A stretch of DNA of 64,000 nucleotides from Phoronis australis (Eukaryota; Animalia; Phoronida), in the NCBI GenBank assembly GCA_002633005.1, contig NMRA01000233.1:248001-312000 (forward strand). The letters run 5' to 3'. Positions 26,591 to 40,100 of the stretch are shown in pieces (position 1 is the first letter of the stretch; every line of letters starts with the position of its first letter). Below the pieces are notes generated by a model. That model worked only from the letters and a program-made list of their open reading frames with translations. It searched no databases and was not told the DNA's origin. The translations under genes and the position numbers were made by a program.

Positions 26591-29500
26591 GTAAGCCTCG
26601 TTTATCCCAACAACAGAACACTTCGCGTGTAAACGCTGGCTTATAAAATTAGTGAGGAATTTAGAGGGGGCCACAGGTACCCTTACCCCTAACTTTGTGC
26701 CAGTAAGCAGTCACTGCATGTTAGTGATCAAGGCAGTTTCTAGAAGTACACGGGCCCTCAACTAAAATCAATCTTTGTTGCTCACAGAAACGTATTTGTG
26801 GCAAAATGGCCGGTTTTCATAGAGTGTCATGATTTGTTATGGAGATCGTCATTTTTTTTTTCTCCAGAAACGTAAAGTTCTCTGTCTCTGTATTAGCTAC
26901 AAGTGTCTTAAAATTTCTGTCACGCGTTACAACTTATAAAATATGTAAATGCATTCGAATATTGAGGTCGGGTGGTTTTCATAAAGCTTACAGTTTTCTT
27001 ATTGAAAATGATTAAGCGCATTCTACGATGTGCACATCAAGCAAGCGGTGAAGCTCTGACACGCGGTTTGACGCATGATTCCTGGGATTTTCTAATTCCG
27101 ACGTTTTTTTCGAAACGTAATTCTATCACCACTCCAAACAGTTCGATCTGGCAAATGTCTTTTATAACCCTTCCTCGAACGGACTTTTGTTACTCTGTAT
27201 GTATTGAACTGTCCTGGTACAGTCCTAGCAATCATTTAGCAAAACGTGAAAGCACGCAGGCGTATCAAAAGATACGCGAAGTTGCCTTTTCACCCCATTT
27301 TTGTATCACCCCTAGAAAATAGCAAACTGCGATGATGTCCGAAAGCAATTTGAACGTAAGACGGTACTCGCGGTAAAGATGTATCGTAGGTACGACGAAA
27401 GCCGGGTAATGACCCTAATCGTTCATAGCATATGGCAATGTATGACTTCAGGGTGTGATCAGAGTGATGCAGGAACAAATAACTTTTGTTTGGTTTGGCA
27501 ACCCGTCTACACTAAAAAATTCTTGTTTGCAAACTTGATCAAAATCGAGTTAAGTCGAGCAGAAAAGGCATTATATTGGCTTGACGACGGGGCGACAGTG
27601 ATGGTGTCGTAAGTGGGTCTCCAACTATGTCGAAGGTGCCTATGCCTGTACTCACCTCTCGTTAATAGTTTTTGCTTTCCTGTGGGCGTGTTAGCGTATA
27701 ATAAAGTATTTTGTGTTTCTTGTTTCTCTATAAAAATCCCAGTACGTTCTGCTGAAAGGCTCGGCTGGTAGTTGTGTCATGAAATTAACCAATCAACGGT
27801 AATCGTTAACGTGAGCTTAAAGGAATATTTACCGCAGAAACTGCTTTATCTCAGTTTGTTCTTGAGCAATTAAGTGGTCACTTCCATTATACAGCGAGCG
27901 CCCTCTGTGCGTGGTTTTAAGTATCACTGACTCTAAATTTAAGTCTGACGTCATTTTGGAATAGCTAGGACTGGGCTATACAATGTGTACGAGTGTCTGT
28001 ATCAAAGTGGAGCTTGCAGGCCAATTCCTTATCTGTGTGATTACTTGGCCAAATTAGTTAGAAACATAACATATGGCGACCATGTGAATGTGAAGTAGGT
28101 TGAAAATGTTTTCTTAAAAGAACTAGTTTTGTGTCGAAAATGATCCGCCGCAAATCACTGAACCATGTGCAGTAAGTATCGTGACGTGTTGCTGGGAAAT
28201 AACACTGCATGATGCAGGCTATGCGAGACCACGAGGTACGTCATTAGTGCAAAGGTCACCTATTTGCAGAATTTTTTGTTTTCACATTTACAAGTTCTCA
28301 ATGAATATAACTATACTTAATTATGTAGCATTGTCGTTCAGTTCCTGCTATATATTCGCTGAGTTAGGAGCACGAAAATACAAATTAAAAGGGCTTAAAA
28401 TCACCAATTTGTTATCTAAAACACCAAGTGGGTTTTATTTAGCTCCTTCACCAGATCGTTAGACTGCGGGGATTGCAAATACAATTAGGTTACTCTCAGA
28501 AAATCAATTGCCTTTCCTATAATCCTGCAATGTCATTTTAATAGCGGTATTTTCTATTTTCCCATCTGTTGCAAAAATTTGGTCGCACCAAATTGCTCTC
28601 GTCAGTTATATCAACTATAGCCAAACACTTCAAAATCGGTTTTCAGAATTGAACTCTATCACAGGAGCAAAGAATGTACTTCAAGTTTGATTTTCATTTC
28701 ATCTCATTATGTACTTAAATGAACAACCAGTCATCAAGAGTCGTGGTTAGAAACTACATCAATTTATTGAAGTTCACAATTGTCTTGTGTGCAAAATGAC
28801 GCGATGCTTTAGTGACTGGTAATTTTGTGTAATCTCTTTTGTACTTAGATGGAACAAAAAATGAAAAAGAAAATTGCCCCAAAGGAAATGTGGTACGTAA
28901 CATATTTCGTAAGTCTTTCCAGCTATTCGGCCTTAAGGCTTTCCCACTTTCCTATGTACCTATTTTGATATTGTCTTATGACCTGTTGTAACGTTTTACC
29001 ACATTGTGTTACTATACCCTTTTGGCAATAATCACATACAAGATCCCGAGTTTTGAGATCTAGATGCCCGTTATTAAGTGGAGAAAACTGGTTCTCAAAA
29101 TGTGAGACATCCGTAGGTAAGTATTATTCTATTTCTGTGTCTCACTGTGGCAGGTGTCCAAATTTATGAGCTAACTATAGACCCGTGCTCTGCATTCCTT
29201 CATTGTAGTGGCCATTTTCATTATTTTCGGGGGTGTTTTGTGGCGTCCGCATCTCTATTTTGCCACAACGCTTGAAAAGTCATGCTGAAATTTCACAGAT
29301 GTGTTCCTATTGAGATGATTATGCAGATTTCCGGACGGATCCAGCCACTGTGCACCCCCCCCTTCCTCTCAGTAGCAAATTTGCTTTTCCTTTGATGGAT
29401 CTTCCACAGACTTCGCATGTGTGTTCCAGTTGAGAAAACGTAGACTTTGGGGCGATTCTCATTACTGTGGCGACCCCTATTGGCTATTTACTTTTTTCTT

Positions 29501-30011
29501 TGGGCATGGCTCAATAGAACTCTCTACGCGCATTTCAAAGGAGGCTGCCATCCCTTGATGGATGTTCATGACAGCACTTGCCTTGTTTCAGACAGATTTG
29601 ACTTACGCTGCGCCCCAATGGTCTTTTAATTAAATGCATTACGTGACACTAATAAATATCCTTAGAATCCTACCGTTTGTGGAGCAGTCGAGGGCGCATT
29701 TTGGCGCTGTGTGTTGCTCTTGTTAACCAAAGTGGGTTGTTCTTTAAAGGTCAATAGTATCCTCTCTCACGTGATCCTTCGCTATGTTGTTACTTGAAAG
29801 TCTCCCACTATCTCAGAAACAAGTAATAAAACTACCGTAATATCACGTCTATTCCGATGATCGACACGCACGCAATGTTTGCGGCAACCACGCCAGAAAT
29901 ATCTGACATCGCTTTTACCAGATGCAAAAGTTAACCAAACCCTTTTGGTGGTTCCCTGCGTGTCCGCTAGGGGGTAGAGAACACGCCGGTATCATTTAAT
30001 TTTCCTAGGGG

Positions 30012-30683
30012 TGTTCCGAAGGACACCAAAGTTGCGCAGAAGTGGCATCGTTTCGTGCGCCGAACGAGAGTGTGGGACGTCATCGTGCACCAAGCGATTC
30101 GGTCCGGGGCCACTCTGTGTTCTGCCCACTTTGAGGACTCGTGTTTCGACTCCAGTCACAGGAGACGTTATGATGAAGGCCTGGTTCAATAAAGGACAAT
30201 ATTTATCATTCAGAAACATCAGCTCTTAATTCAAGATCGCCTGTTGGATGACTGGGTTGACTCGCCGAGTCCGAGGCTGCTTCTCTCACGGGAGGATCCA
30301 GTTCGTAAGGCTCAAAGTAGAAAAGTACGCTGCCGGAAGCACATTAAACTTATTCTCGCTTTCGTGCAACCCCATTTCCTCATCCTGGCCACCATTCCCG
30401 TACGTTTCTTCATAGTATTCGTTCAATTCTTGCTCATAATCGTCGTCGCTTTCAAATTCCCTGCTCTCCGCCATTGTTCAATGCTAGTCACTGATATCTT
30501 GTGTTCAACCCATGACGTCACATGGCGGGAAATGTGAAAATTGGCAAAATTGAAACAAAAATCAAAATTTCGATCTAATTACACAAAATAAACATGGGTT
30601 TAGCTAAATTTTATGTCATGCATTTAGTCTGTGGCCACCGGTAGTTCAAAATGTGCAAAAATCCATGGTGTGTACTGTTTAAT
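30012..30683. mobile_element. Right-arm-specific Kolobok-like DNA transposon relic (THAP fragment on +, acidic ORF start on -)
   Basis: + strand 30013-30147: PKDTKVAQKWHRFVRRTR...LCSAHFEDSCF (THAP C-terminal half). - strand from 30474: acidic N-terminus, then frameshifted FEPYELDP...DVSE(W). Absent from left arm; possible TTAA end near 30680. Confidence 0.65.
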
Positions 30684-33600
30684 TCATGTTCAAGAAATGT
30701 GAATCAGAAAATTGTGGCTTTGCCTTTTTGGAGTGCATTTTTCTACTGTCGCTGACTTTTGTTTACATTGCTGTCCTGTATTCACGCAGTGTGAATAACA
30801 AACCGGTTAAATCGACCAGATGTGTGTTTGTTGTACATGTCGAGCACGCGGCTACTAAACATTACTTCAGAATTGAAATATTTGCTGTCACGCCACTTGC
30901 ATGACAAGGCTAAAAATCGTTCATAGTCCGCCATTTTCTTTGTTGTAAAGCTAACCAATGACTGCCTAGGTTACGTCAAGCAGTGATAAAACGCGTGCTA
31001 CTGGATGATCCCCGCGTGTTCTCTACCACCTAGCGGACACGCAGTGAATCAGCGAGACCAACTATTGTCATAGACAGGTACACAATTTTCCGAGAATTGT
31101 TAATTTCGGGTAACAACTTGGAAATGCAGCTCTTGTATTTTGTACAATGTTGAGAACATTGGTGAAAATTTCGCAGAGTCGGCCATTAAGATTTGAGGGT
31201 GGTTCATGTTTATGGTATGTAATTTTCCAGTACTTGAACTTAAATCTTTAAACCAACAACAGGTGCAGGTAGCGTCTTTCCAGAAAGCTTAGTTTGAGAA
31301 AAATACGCCCAGATGTCATCAATTCAATTTACGTGCGGTTTTTCAGAAAAGACAGTGTCCATACGAAGCTTCGTTTGACAACAAACTGCCCTTAAGGTCA
31401 GATGTTCGAACAGACTGTAAGGTTTTATGTACATATCGAAAAAATAATAATTAGTATTTAGTTCGTGAGTTATGTAGGAGGTAACACTTTGTTTCACAAC
31501 TTGTTCCCTGGAAATGTCAGTTATAACGCTGAAAGTTGGGTTGCTGAGCTTTGTGCACACAAAGCTGAGTTTAGAGGAGGTTACTACTATATCGCCTCTA
31601 ATGGGCAATAGCTTCAGCTCCATGTACAATTTCCAACTGCAGCACACTACCCTTACCCGGGCCGAGGACGCGCGACGTGTGTTGTGATACAAGTCTGTTT
31701 CAACCAGTTCAAGTCCTTATGATCGACAGCGCCACACAGACTGATCTCGACATGGAATTAGAGGACTGCGTGAACGCACTGCTGACGGAATTGTTTAACA
31801 ATGTTATAATTTCATTCCTGAAAAGTGAGCAGGAAAGAGGTGATGCTGTTCTTTTAGCAAGCGACACAGATTCGTACGCCATCCTTCCTCAGTCGATAGA
31901 GGGGGCTACATATACTGACAAGGTCCAAAGCATCACTGACATGGCATTTAAAGGTGTGGAGGGGATAGAGCAGGGAGATTCCCTTACGAGTTCAAACAAG
32001 CTTTCAGCATCTAAGTTAGAGTTTTCTTTTGTTTGAAATGTTGTAGTTACTATTTCTGTTGTATTTTGACATGTTTTTGCGTTGTGTTGATTTGTTCAAT
32101 TGAAATAAAAAAAAATATCTCATCTGACATTTTCATGTTTTGTTCATTGAATTATCCAGATAATGCAAATAATCCCGCTACTTGAAAGTTTTTTCAATGG
32201 CTCATCTCTGGGCGAACTCAGTGAAGTACTGGCGTACATTGGTCACAGTTTTACGCACAAGTCACTCAGTCTCATGCGCTTAATCTCAGGACGTTGTCTC
32301 TATGGCCGCCAACTTCAAGTCAATTGCTGCCAATTACTGCGCCCTGGCGAAACACAAAACATTGTTTACATTTTTATAAAGGAATCATTGCTTGAGTGTA
32401 TTTGATATATGAAAGAATCAACTTTTAGGTTTTTAACTTAACTTAATTTGCCATAAACATGTATTTATGACGTCATAATTTGTCTCTGAGTGCTCTTATT
32501 TCCAAGAGCATGCTACAAGCTACAATCTCGAATTTAGCGTCTAGTTGGATAGACAGTACGGGCAATGTATTGTTCTGTGGCGATAGGAAATTGGGGACAA
32601 GATGTTCACTCAAACAGCATGAGTTCTAGCTGCAAAACGCTGCTTCCTTAGAGAAGGCACATTTTTTAATGATAGCTTGCTCATAACAACTTCCTTGTTT
32701 TTTCGGTTTTGTGGAATTGTGTGGAATTAGCTAAACATCTACGCTCGCCCAGATTACCGGGAATACCCCCCACACACACTTAAAAATACGGCCATGGTAC
32801 GACTGTTGGAGCCACTGTAATTGTCCATGTTTTTCAGGCCCCCAAAATGATAGCACATGCCAGTCAAAACGAGGCTTTGTTCATGTTTGCAGTCACTCAT
32901 CAGACCAGTTGGTTGTTTTGATGCCCACTTTAACCAGTTTGTTTTTTAGGAGAATATTTGCAACGGGCCAAAATTTCACCTATGTTATTACGCACCATCC
33001 GTTTATAAGCAAAACGGCCAAACAAACGCTTCAAGCTGTGCAGAAACATGTAAATATTTCAAGAACTTTGGAAAGCTGTACTCGTGTGACGGTAACGACT
33101 AAACAAATGACGTATTTCACAGGGAATTTTATGAGAGTGTGTAAATATCTTAAACACCAAAGCCCGAGAGAAGGCAGGTCGCTGTGTAAAACTAGCTTAA
33201 CCAAATCACATACCTATTATGTGAAGCAGTTTTGCAATATAGATGAGTACTTTTTTTCTTCGGAATTTCTACGGTATCCTAGGCGAGCGTTCGACTATAC
33301 GAAGAGCGTTGATTGTGTACAATATTTAATTGCTTTGACACAGAAATAGTGGCAAAAGTCTTAAGCAATCAGATGCTACGTATCCGTCGTTAACATTTTC
33401 CCTTCACAACTTGAAATTGTATCCCACTGCACGCCAAGAACGCTTGATTATGTTATTTTCGAAATTAAAGCAACTATTTTTGGCGATGTGTGTTTATTTC
33501 AACGGACGATGCGCCCATGCATAAACGTGACGTCCTTGTGCTAAATCAAAGGGGGACACGATCGACCAAATTCGTCTCTACATTACACTATATATCATCA

Positions 33601-34591
33601 GGGCCCGTGGTCCAAAAAGTGGACTCGCAAATTGTCCAATTATAATGGGACGCTTCGAGTTAATTTACATGTTTGCATTTGAATTGTGCATCATGATTGT
33701 TTAAAGGGTGCCAAACCTGGTTTTGGCTTAGGAACCAATACCAAAAACGATTTTCCATGCAGTTCTCCGAAACAAAATAATGCTCTGTAACCCTCAACAA
33801 CCCTCAAAAGTTTGGAGGAAAATTTGAAACTCCTTACAAAGTCTGCTGAACGGGTACGCGTGACCTACGCTTTTAGCGAATTACACGGCAGCTGTGGGGA
33901 AAGACGACCCACCCAGGACCACAATATCCAATTTGTGAGGTAGGGAGAATGAATTTTTGGATTATTCATGCCTTTAACTTGGAAGATTGACGCTAATGAT
34001 ACATTACCAAGTGACAGAACGAAGATTGATTGAGATCATCAAAACAGGGTTTAGAATCCGCTGGCAGACCAAGTGTAAATCTGAAAATGTTTAGTTCAAA
34101 TTAATATAAATGCTAGACATCGTGTTTCTTTCAATTTCCAATTATTGTTGGACTACATGGTTAGATTTGACCAAATATAATCAAGCTAGCTAGTGTTGAC
34201 GGATAACCTTTATGAACATTAATTTTAAGCTTATTTGCTTTGAAACCTTAAGTATCAGTCCTAGGTAAGCTTCGTAGCGTGAACTGTGCTGAGCCTGCAA
34301 CTTTCAACAAACATGACAACTTTTTCGTGTTGCCAAAACGTTACAGTGTCCATTACACTCCTCCACGTGATGGGAATGATGTCATTTCAGTACCATACAC
34401 GGAGGTATTAGTAACACAGAGTGACTAGTATGATGTCGGGGTTAGTCTTCATGTAACATAAACAGTAACAAGGTTAGTAACTGGTTATAATTGATCACAT
34501 TAGTTAAAGTATACGGAGATTGGGATCATTTACTCTATTACTCACTCCAAGCAAGAAGACATAATTGAATGATAAAGTCGCTCCACTATCT

Positions 34592-36053
34592 ACAAGAGCG
34601 TTGAAATGCGCCTATGAATGTATCGCAAATGGAGTGCTTTTAAGGTTATCAATTTAAATCATAAAAAATGACAACTAGATGGCGTAAAAACATACAATCC
34701 ATCCAAAAAAGGGAACGTGCCATATTTCCTGAAAATCTGCCAAGGAACTTCCGAGAAACAAAGAACAACAGAATAAAATGAAATTGCTTCTAGTGAGCAC
34801 AGCGCCCGTTGGATCTGCTTGAAAATCTTCGTCATCTGTTGTTATCTTCATATAAATACAAATAAATACTAAATTTAATAGAGATCCTGCCGTGGGTTTA
34901 GGAGATACAGCTATGGGCGCAAAACAAACGAAACAAAAATACCACTGTAGTCAGTTGCCATTATCAAACGTCCTCTTCACACTGAGATCATATACGCCAA
35001 TTTTCAAAACCCTTCCTAGAATGCTTTGGTTGATACAGAGGTAGAAGCCAAAAACAAGATTTGAAAACAGAAAAAAATGGCCAATAGATGCCGCACAATA
35101 CCTCGATTTCACTCAAAAACAGGAGGATAGCGTCATCTCACCAATAGATGCATATATTCAAAATTTTATGAAAATCTGTTGACGACCTTTGAAGATAGAG
35201 AGTTAAACGTAAAAAAACTAAAATTGTCACTAGAGGGCACACCAGTACTCAGATCCGTCCGAAAGTCGTCCTCGTCCGTAATCAACATCATATAAATACA
35301 CTTGGTAAATTAAGTAAAGATCCTGCAAACGCGGTTTAGGAGATACAGCCATGAGCGCAGAAACACTGTCACTAGGAGGCGCCACAGTAGTCGAAGTTGT
35401 CGGAGAATAATCGTCAGACGTCCACTTCATATAAAAACATACATGCCAATTTTCACAATAATCCTGAAAGTGGTTTGGTAATAGACGAGGGGACGCCAAA
35501 AACAGACTCGGAAACAGTAAAAATTGCCACTAGGTGGCGCAAACTAAGTCGAATTCATCTGAAAACGGAGAGATAGCGTCACCTCATTAACAAATGCCTT
35601 TATGCCAAATTTTATGAAAATACGTCGAGAACGTTTGAAGATACAGAAGTAAACGTAAAAAATTGCCACTAGGTGGCACACCAGTAGTCAGATCTGTCCA
35701 AAAGTAGCCGTCGTCCATTGTTAACATCATACAAATACCGAAAACGGGAGGATATCGTCATCTAATATAGGTGCCTACATACCAAATTTCATGAAAATCC
35801 GTTGAGGACTTTTGAAAATACAGAGGTAAGCGTAAAAATTAAAATTGCCAATAGGGGGCACACCGGTAGACGGATCGCTCCAAAAGTTCGTTCATGTGGT
35901 CCCATCTCCGAAAGGAACACGTGTGCAAAATTTCATGAACATACGACAAGGGGTTTTAGAGATAGAGCAGCGGACGCCGGACGGACAGACAGACGGACGG
36001 ACAGACGGAGATGACGGCATAATGCGTCCACATATTAAGATGTGGGCGCATAA
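34592..36053 (-). mobile_element. Helentron/HINE (DINE-1/pearl-like) non-autonomous element, right arm only
   Basis: Empty site in left arm (~3615). Terminal hairpin ATGCGTCCACAT-ATTAAG-ATGTGGGCGCAT (36022-36051) next to an A-run; (GGAC/AGAC)n at ~35979-36009; internal ~140-180-bp tandem repeats; other end ACAAGAG. Confidence 0.75.
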
Positions 36054-36899
36054 AAATGCATAGTATAAACCAGGTCGCTGAATGACACAAACTGAATCTC
36101 AAACCTTACCATACGACAGCGTCAAAGTGCATTTCGTTTGGCTGACAAAAACTCATAAAATCGGTCTCATAATATTTCTTATCGTGACAGGGTTCTATTT
36201 CGGTTACCAAAACCAACAACGAAACCATAAGCTACTAAAGAAAACCCATTTGAGTCTATAATTGTATTAACCAACCATGAATTTCCAAATTCGTAAATGG
36301 CGCAAGTAGGGATTGCCTGTGATTTCAGTTGCCGGCTCATTCAATCGAATGACTGAGGTAATGATTTAAATCCCAAAGTACTTCGATTAAAAAGTCAGCT
36401 TTGACAGCTAAACTGGAGCGAAATGTAATTTCAAACTTGATGGACAGAATCATGCGCCCAGGATCCCCTCGGTAATTTGTATAATCGTTCGTGTGCAGCG
36501 AAACTTCGATGTAACAGATCCACCGCAACGCTAGTCCTCTCACAAATTGCAAAACTCACTTGATGCAGAACTCTCTGCTTTCCAAAATTATGTACATCGA
36601 GAAATAGCAAAACTGGACAAGGAACGCTTTAACACATTGCAACAACTCCACACTCACTAAACGTTAGAAAAAAAAAACAATTTCTCTCCTTTTGACTGAC
36701 TCGTTAAACACCAAACATCAGCTGTTCGCGACCAATGATTCTATTCCGCACTGGTGGAAAAAATTTCCATGGTCTTGCGTTGTGTGTGTGCCGTAGGAAT
36801 CGGGTATGTCGATGCAAAGACCCAGCTTCTGACGAAATAACTGCGGGAGATTCGTTTACACAGGTCCGGCTTGTTGTGATTGACCTTTACACAAGGCAA

Positions 36900-36934
36900 T
36901 ATAAAGTCGTTGGGATCTCCCGAAGCGCCTCAAT
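36900..36934 (+). promoter_or_regulatory. Core promoter of right paralogue (TATA + Inr-like)
   Basis: TATAAA 36900-36905; TCAAT with A at 36932 (32 bp downstream); ATG at 37046. Confidence 0.6.
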
Positions 36935-37045
36935 ATCACGGAATTGCTCTGAGCGGTGTCAGAGACCAACTTTGATATCGGAGGAGTAACGACATTTTGT
37001 TGTTTTACTAATTACTGACAGAACAATATAGAAGACGATATTATA

Positions 37046-37130
37046 ATGAAGTGGTTAAGCTTAGCTGTTTTGATGATCTGCGCTTTAGGGGTAACCGCCA
37101 AGCCACCTCGGAGGTATTCCTCATCACGAG
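37046..37130 (+). CDS. CAP gene exon 1, signal peptide
   Basis: MKWLSLAVLMICALGVTAKPPRRYSSSR, donor GTAAGT, phase 1. Confidence 0.85.
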
Positions 37131-40100
37131 GTAAGTGTTTTCTTTCGTTTTTTTAAGGCTAATTTCAGATTTAAAGGGTTAGACTTGTGTTAAGAAATCG
37201 AACTACTTACAGAAATCCGACTACACGCGTTTTGTTTGCCACGACGAACAAAAGGTGCAAATTAAACACATGTAACAGTCAAACATAGAAAATGACAAAA
37301 ATGATGAAAGCGCTCGGAGGAGCGACACTTGGCGAAATAAATTGAAACGAGGACGATGGATATGACTAAGAAGATGACGAATATGATGATAATGATGATG
37401 GCGATGATGAACAACATGATAACATTCATATGACGAACGCAGAAGTCAGAAATCAGTAAGAAAAAGGCTAGAGTTCTGTTTAATGGCCGGTAAACTAACA
37501 ACAGCGCAGCGCAATCGGTCAACAAAGGAACTGCGTTTTCGAAAAATCTCGAATAATTCATAAAGTGGACGTCCTAGCGAAGAATGAGAAACATCTTTTG
37601 ATAACCCGCCTAAAACTCTATCTAACGGTTTTGCAATGTTCTGTGAAATTTTCAAAAGATTTCAATTTTTTCATTTTTTAATATTGAGAGTTAAAAACAG
37701 TAAGTCTGAGAAAAATGTAACAGGTCATTTGAAAGATATACCTCAGAGAACCCACTCGCAAAAACTCACGTCATTTCCTCTTCCCGTTTAAAATGGCATC
37801 CCAGCACGACTGAAAATAGGTCAAAATGCGCCAAATCCGCTATCTTGAAAGCAACTTCTGGTTTTTTAGCACTCGGTAATAGCGTGTTATAGAAAACTAA
37901 AAACCTGAAAATTTCAAAGCAATTGGTCCTATAATGCTCCCTCTACAGGAGAAAACGTTTTAGTCGAAATCGAGGTGCGCATGCGCAATAGCTGATATTT
38001 CCGCCATCGTGAACTGGAAATGAATAATTTCCAAAACACGTGCAGCACACGTTTGGCCTCACAATTCTACCGATTTTCATCCGTATACGTCAAAAATTGT
38101 AGCGTCTACGAGCATTTGAATGTGAAATTGAAAACAAAGTGGCCGCCAAATCTGCCATCTTGGATCCGATTATGACTAAAAACAGTGGCGTGAAAATTTC
38201 TTGGAAATCGGATGAAAAATGCGAACTGTAGAGTGCGAACAAATAAAAAAATGAAAGCGCTTGGAGGAGTGACGCTTGGCGAAATTAACCAAAAGTGACG
38301 ACGACGGAGATGACGACAACGATGATGATTATGATGAAGAAGGTGGCGATTTTGAACATTACGATTACATTCATATCACTAGCGAAGATGTCAGAAATCA
38401 GTAAGAAATAGGCTACAGGCTTGAGTGACACTTTGCGAAATTAACTGAAAAGACGACGATCCAGATGACAACGACGATGATGATTACGATGACTAGCGAA
38501 AGTGTCAGAAATTACCAAGAAATAGACTGCAGTCTTGTTCAATGGAAGCTACATCAACATCAGTGCAGCAAGACAGGTCAACAAAGGAACAGCACCAAGT
38601 CAAATAACTCGAAAATGGTAAGTCTGAGAAAATTATTACAGTCCAGTTGAAAGGGTATATCTCAGAGAATCCCCATGCAAAAATTCACGTCATTTTGTTT
38701 TCCCGTTTAAAATGGCACCCCAGCACAACTGAAAATGGGTCAAAATGCAACAGATCCGCCATCTTGAAAGTAACTTCCTGTCGAGCACACTCAGTCCTAC
38801 AAAAAACTACCACATGAAAGTTCTCTTAGCAAACAAACTCGCATTACGCCCAATACAAGACAAAACATTTTCACTCGAAATCGAAGTGCGCATGCGCCAT
38901 GGCCAATATTTCCGCCATCTTTGTCCGAAAGTTCATGATTTCCAGCATCTTTATAGTATTTGCCTAGCGTCATATTTATGCTGATTTTCAGTTATGTATG
39001 TTAAAAATTGCGGCCTCTATGAGTATCTGACCTTGAAATCGGAAACAAAGTGGCCGCCATGTCCGCCATTTTGTATCTGATCAGGACCAAAAACAGTAGG
39101 CTTTTAGCACTTTTACACCCGACCTACAAAATGTGTGTAAATTTCGTGTGGATTTGACGAAATTGCGACCAGTAGAGTGCGAATAAAAAAACCCGACGTC
39201 AGAGCAACATACTTGGCGAATTCTTCATAAAAGTACATTTTACCGAGATGACATGTACAGAACAGGTGCTGTCTTTGACAAGTGGTGTGTCTGACTGTGG
39301 GGGAAGGGGGCGGCTTGTGTGAAAAGGTATTAACATCGTTCCACTAAACTGATCTGATCACAGTTAGTCCGGTCAGTTGTTACACAAATCAGGCTAAGTG
39401 GATTTGCAGAATATTCCTACTTTGTCAGTTGTCAATATCATACACAGGTCGTTAGTCAATCATTGCTGTACACGGCAGATCTAGTGCCTTTTTCAGCACG
39501 CCTCATTACGACCGTATAGCCTTAATCATCAGGAGTGTATAGTTTTCATCAGAGCACTCGTTTCTTTATAAGTAAATGAGCTATGGTGTAGGTTGACCTT
39601 TTGAAATTTGTTGCGTGATGCGGAATCTTTTAGCTTTTCTAATTTTCAAATATGAAAAGTCACTTTTAAACAACGCCACCATATGAAATAGGTCGTGATC
39701 CATGATAAATCTCTTTTCTTTCCCCATCTTCAACGGTGCAGCGACACGCTTGGCTATAGTTCTCTGTAGACCGAAAATAATGAAAGATATCATTTTCGAC
39801 TAGCAGGCAAGCCAATACGTTGAAAAAATTCAATAGGTATGTTTGTGACGTAAATAGTGTGGTGCAGGTTTTAAAGTGAGCCGGGCGCAGGCCAGAATCA
39901 TTTAACATTACCAGAAATCCGTAAACAAGCCATTTGAGCATGCGTGAAATTTCCTCCCACGCAACCCGGCTAATATACAGGCAATTCACAGAAAACGACC
40001 TTATACGTGTTGCTTGTTGACCCGACCTCATTTACCGATAGCAGATGTCATTTACAAGGCCTTAACCAAATTCATATCAAAATTTTATGAAAAGTAAGAG

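Larger units (their letters stand above)
22448..39583 (+). repeat. Right arm of ~38-kb imperfect inverted duplication
   Basis: Reverse complement of 1436-21692, interrupted by arm-specific insertions at about 30010-30845, 34592-36053 and 37304-39230. Confidence 0.95.

Noticed and set aside
32909-33349. 146-aa ORF
   Set aside because: Crosses two arm-specific indel junctions and has no recognisable motif; likely chance.
34592-36053. Regularly spaced repeats as a CRISPR array
   Set aside because: Eukaryotic context, inter-repeat sequences are homologous to each other, no cas genes.
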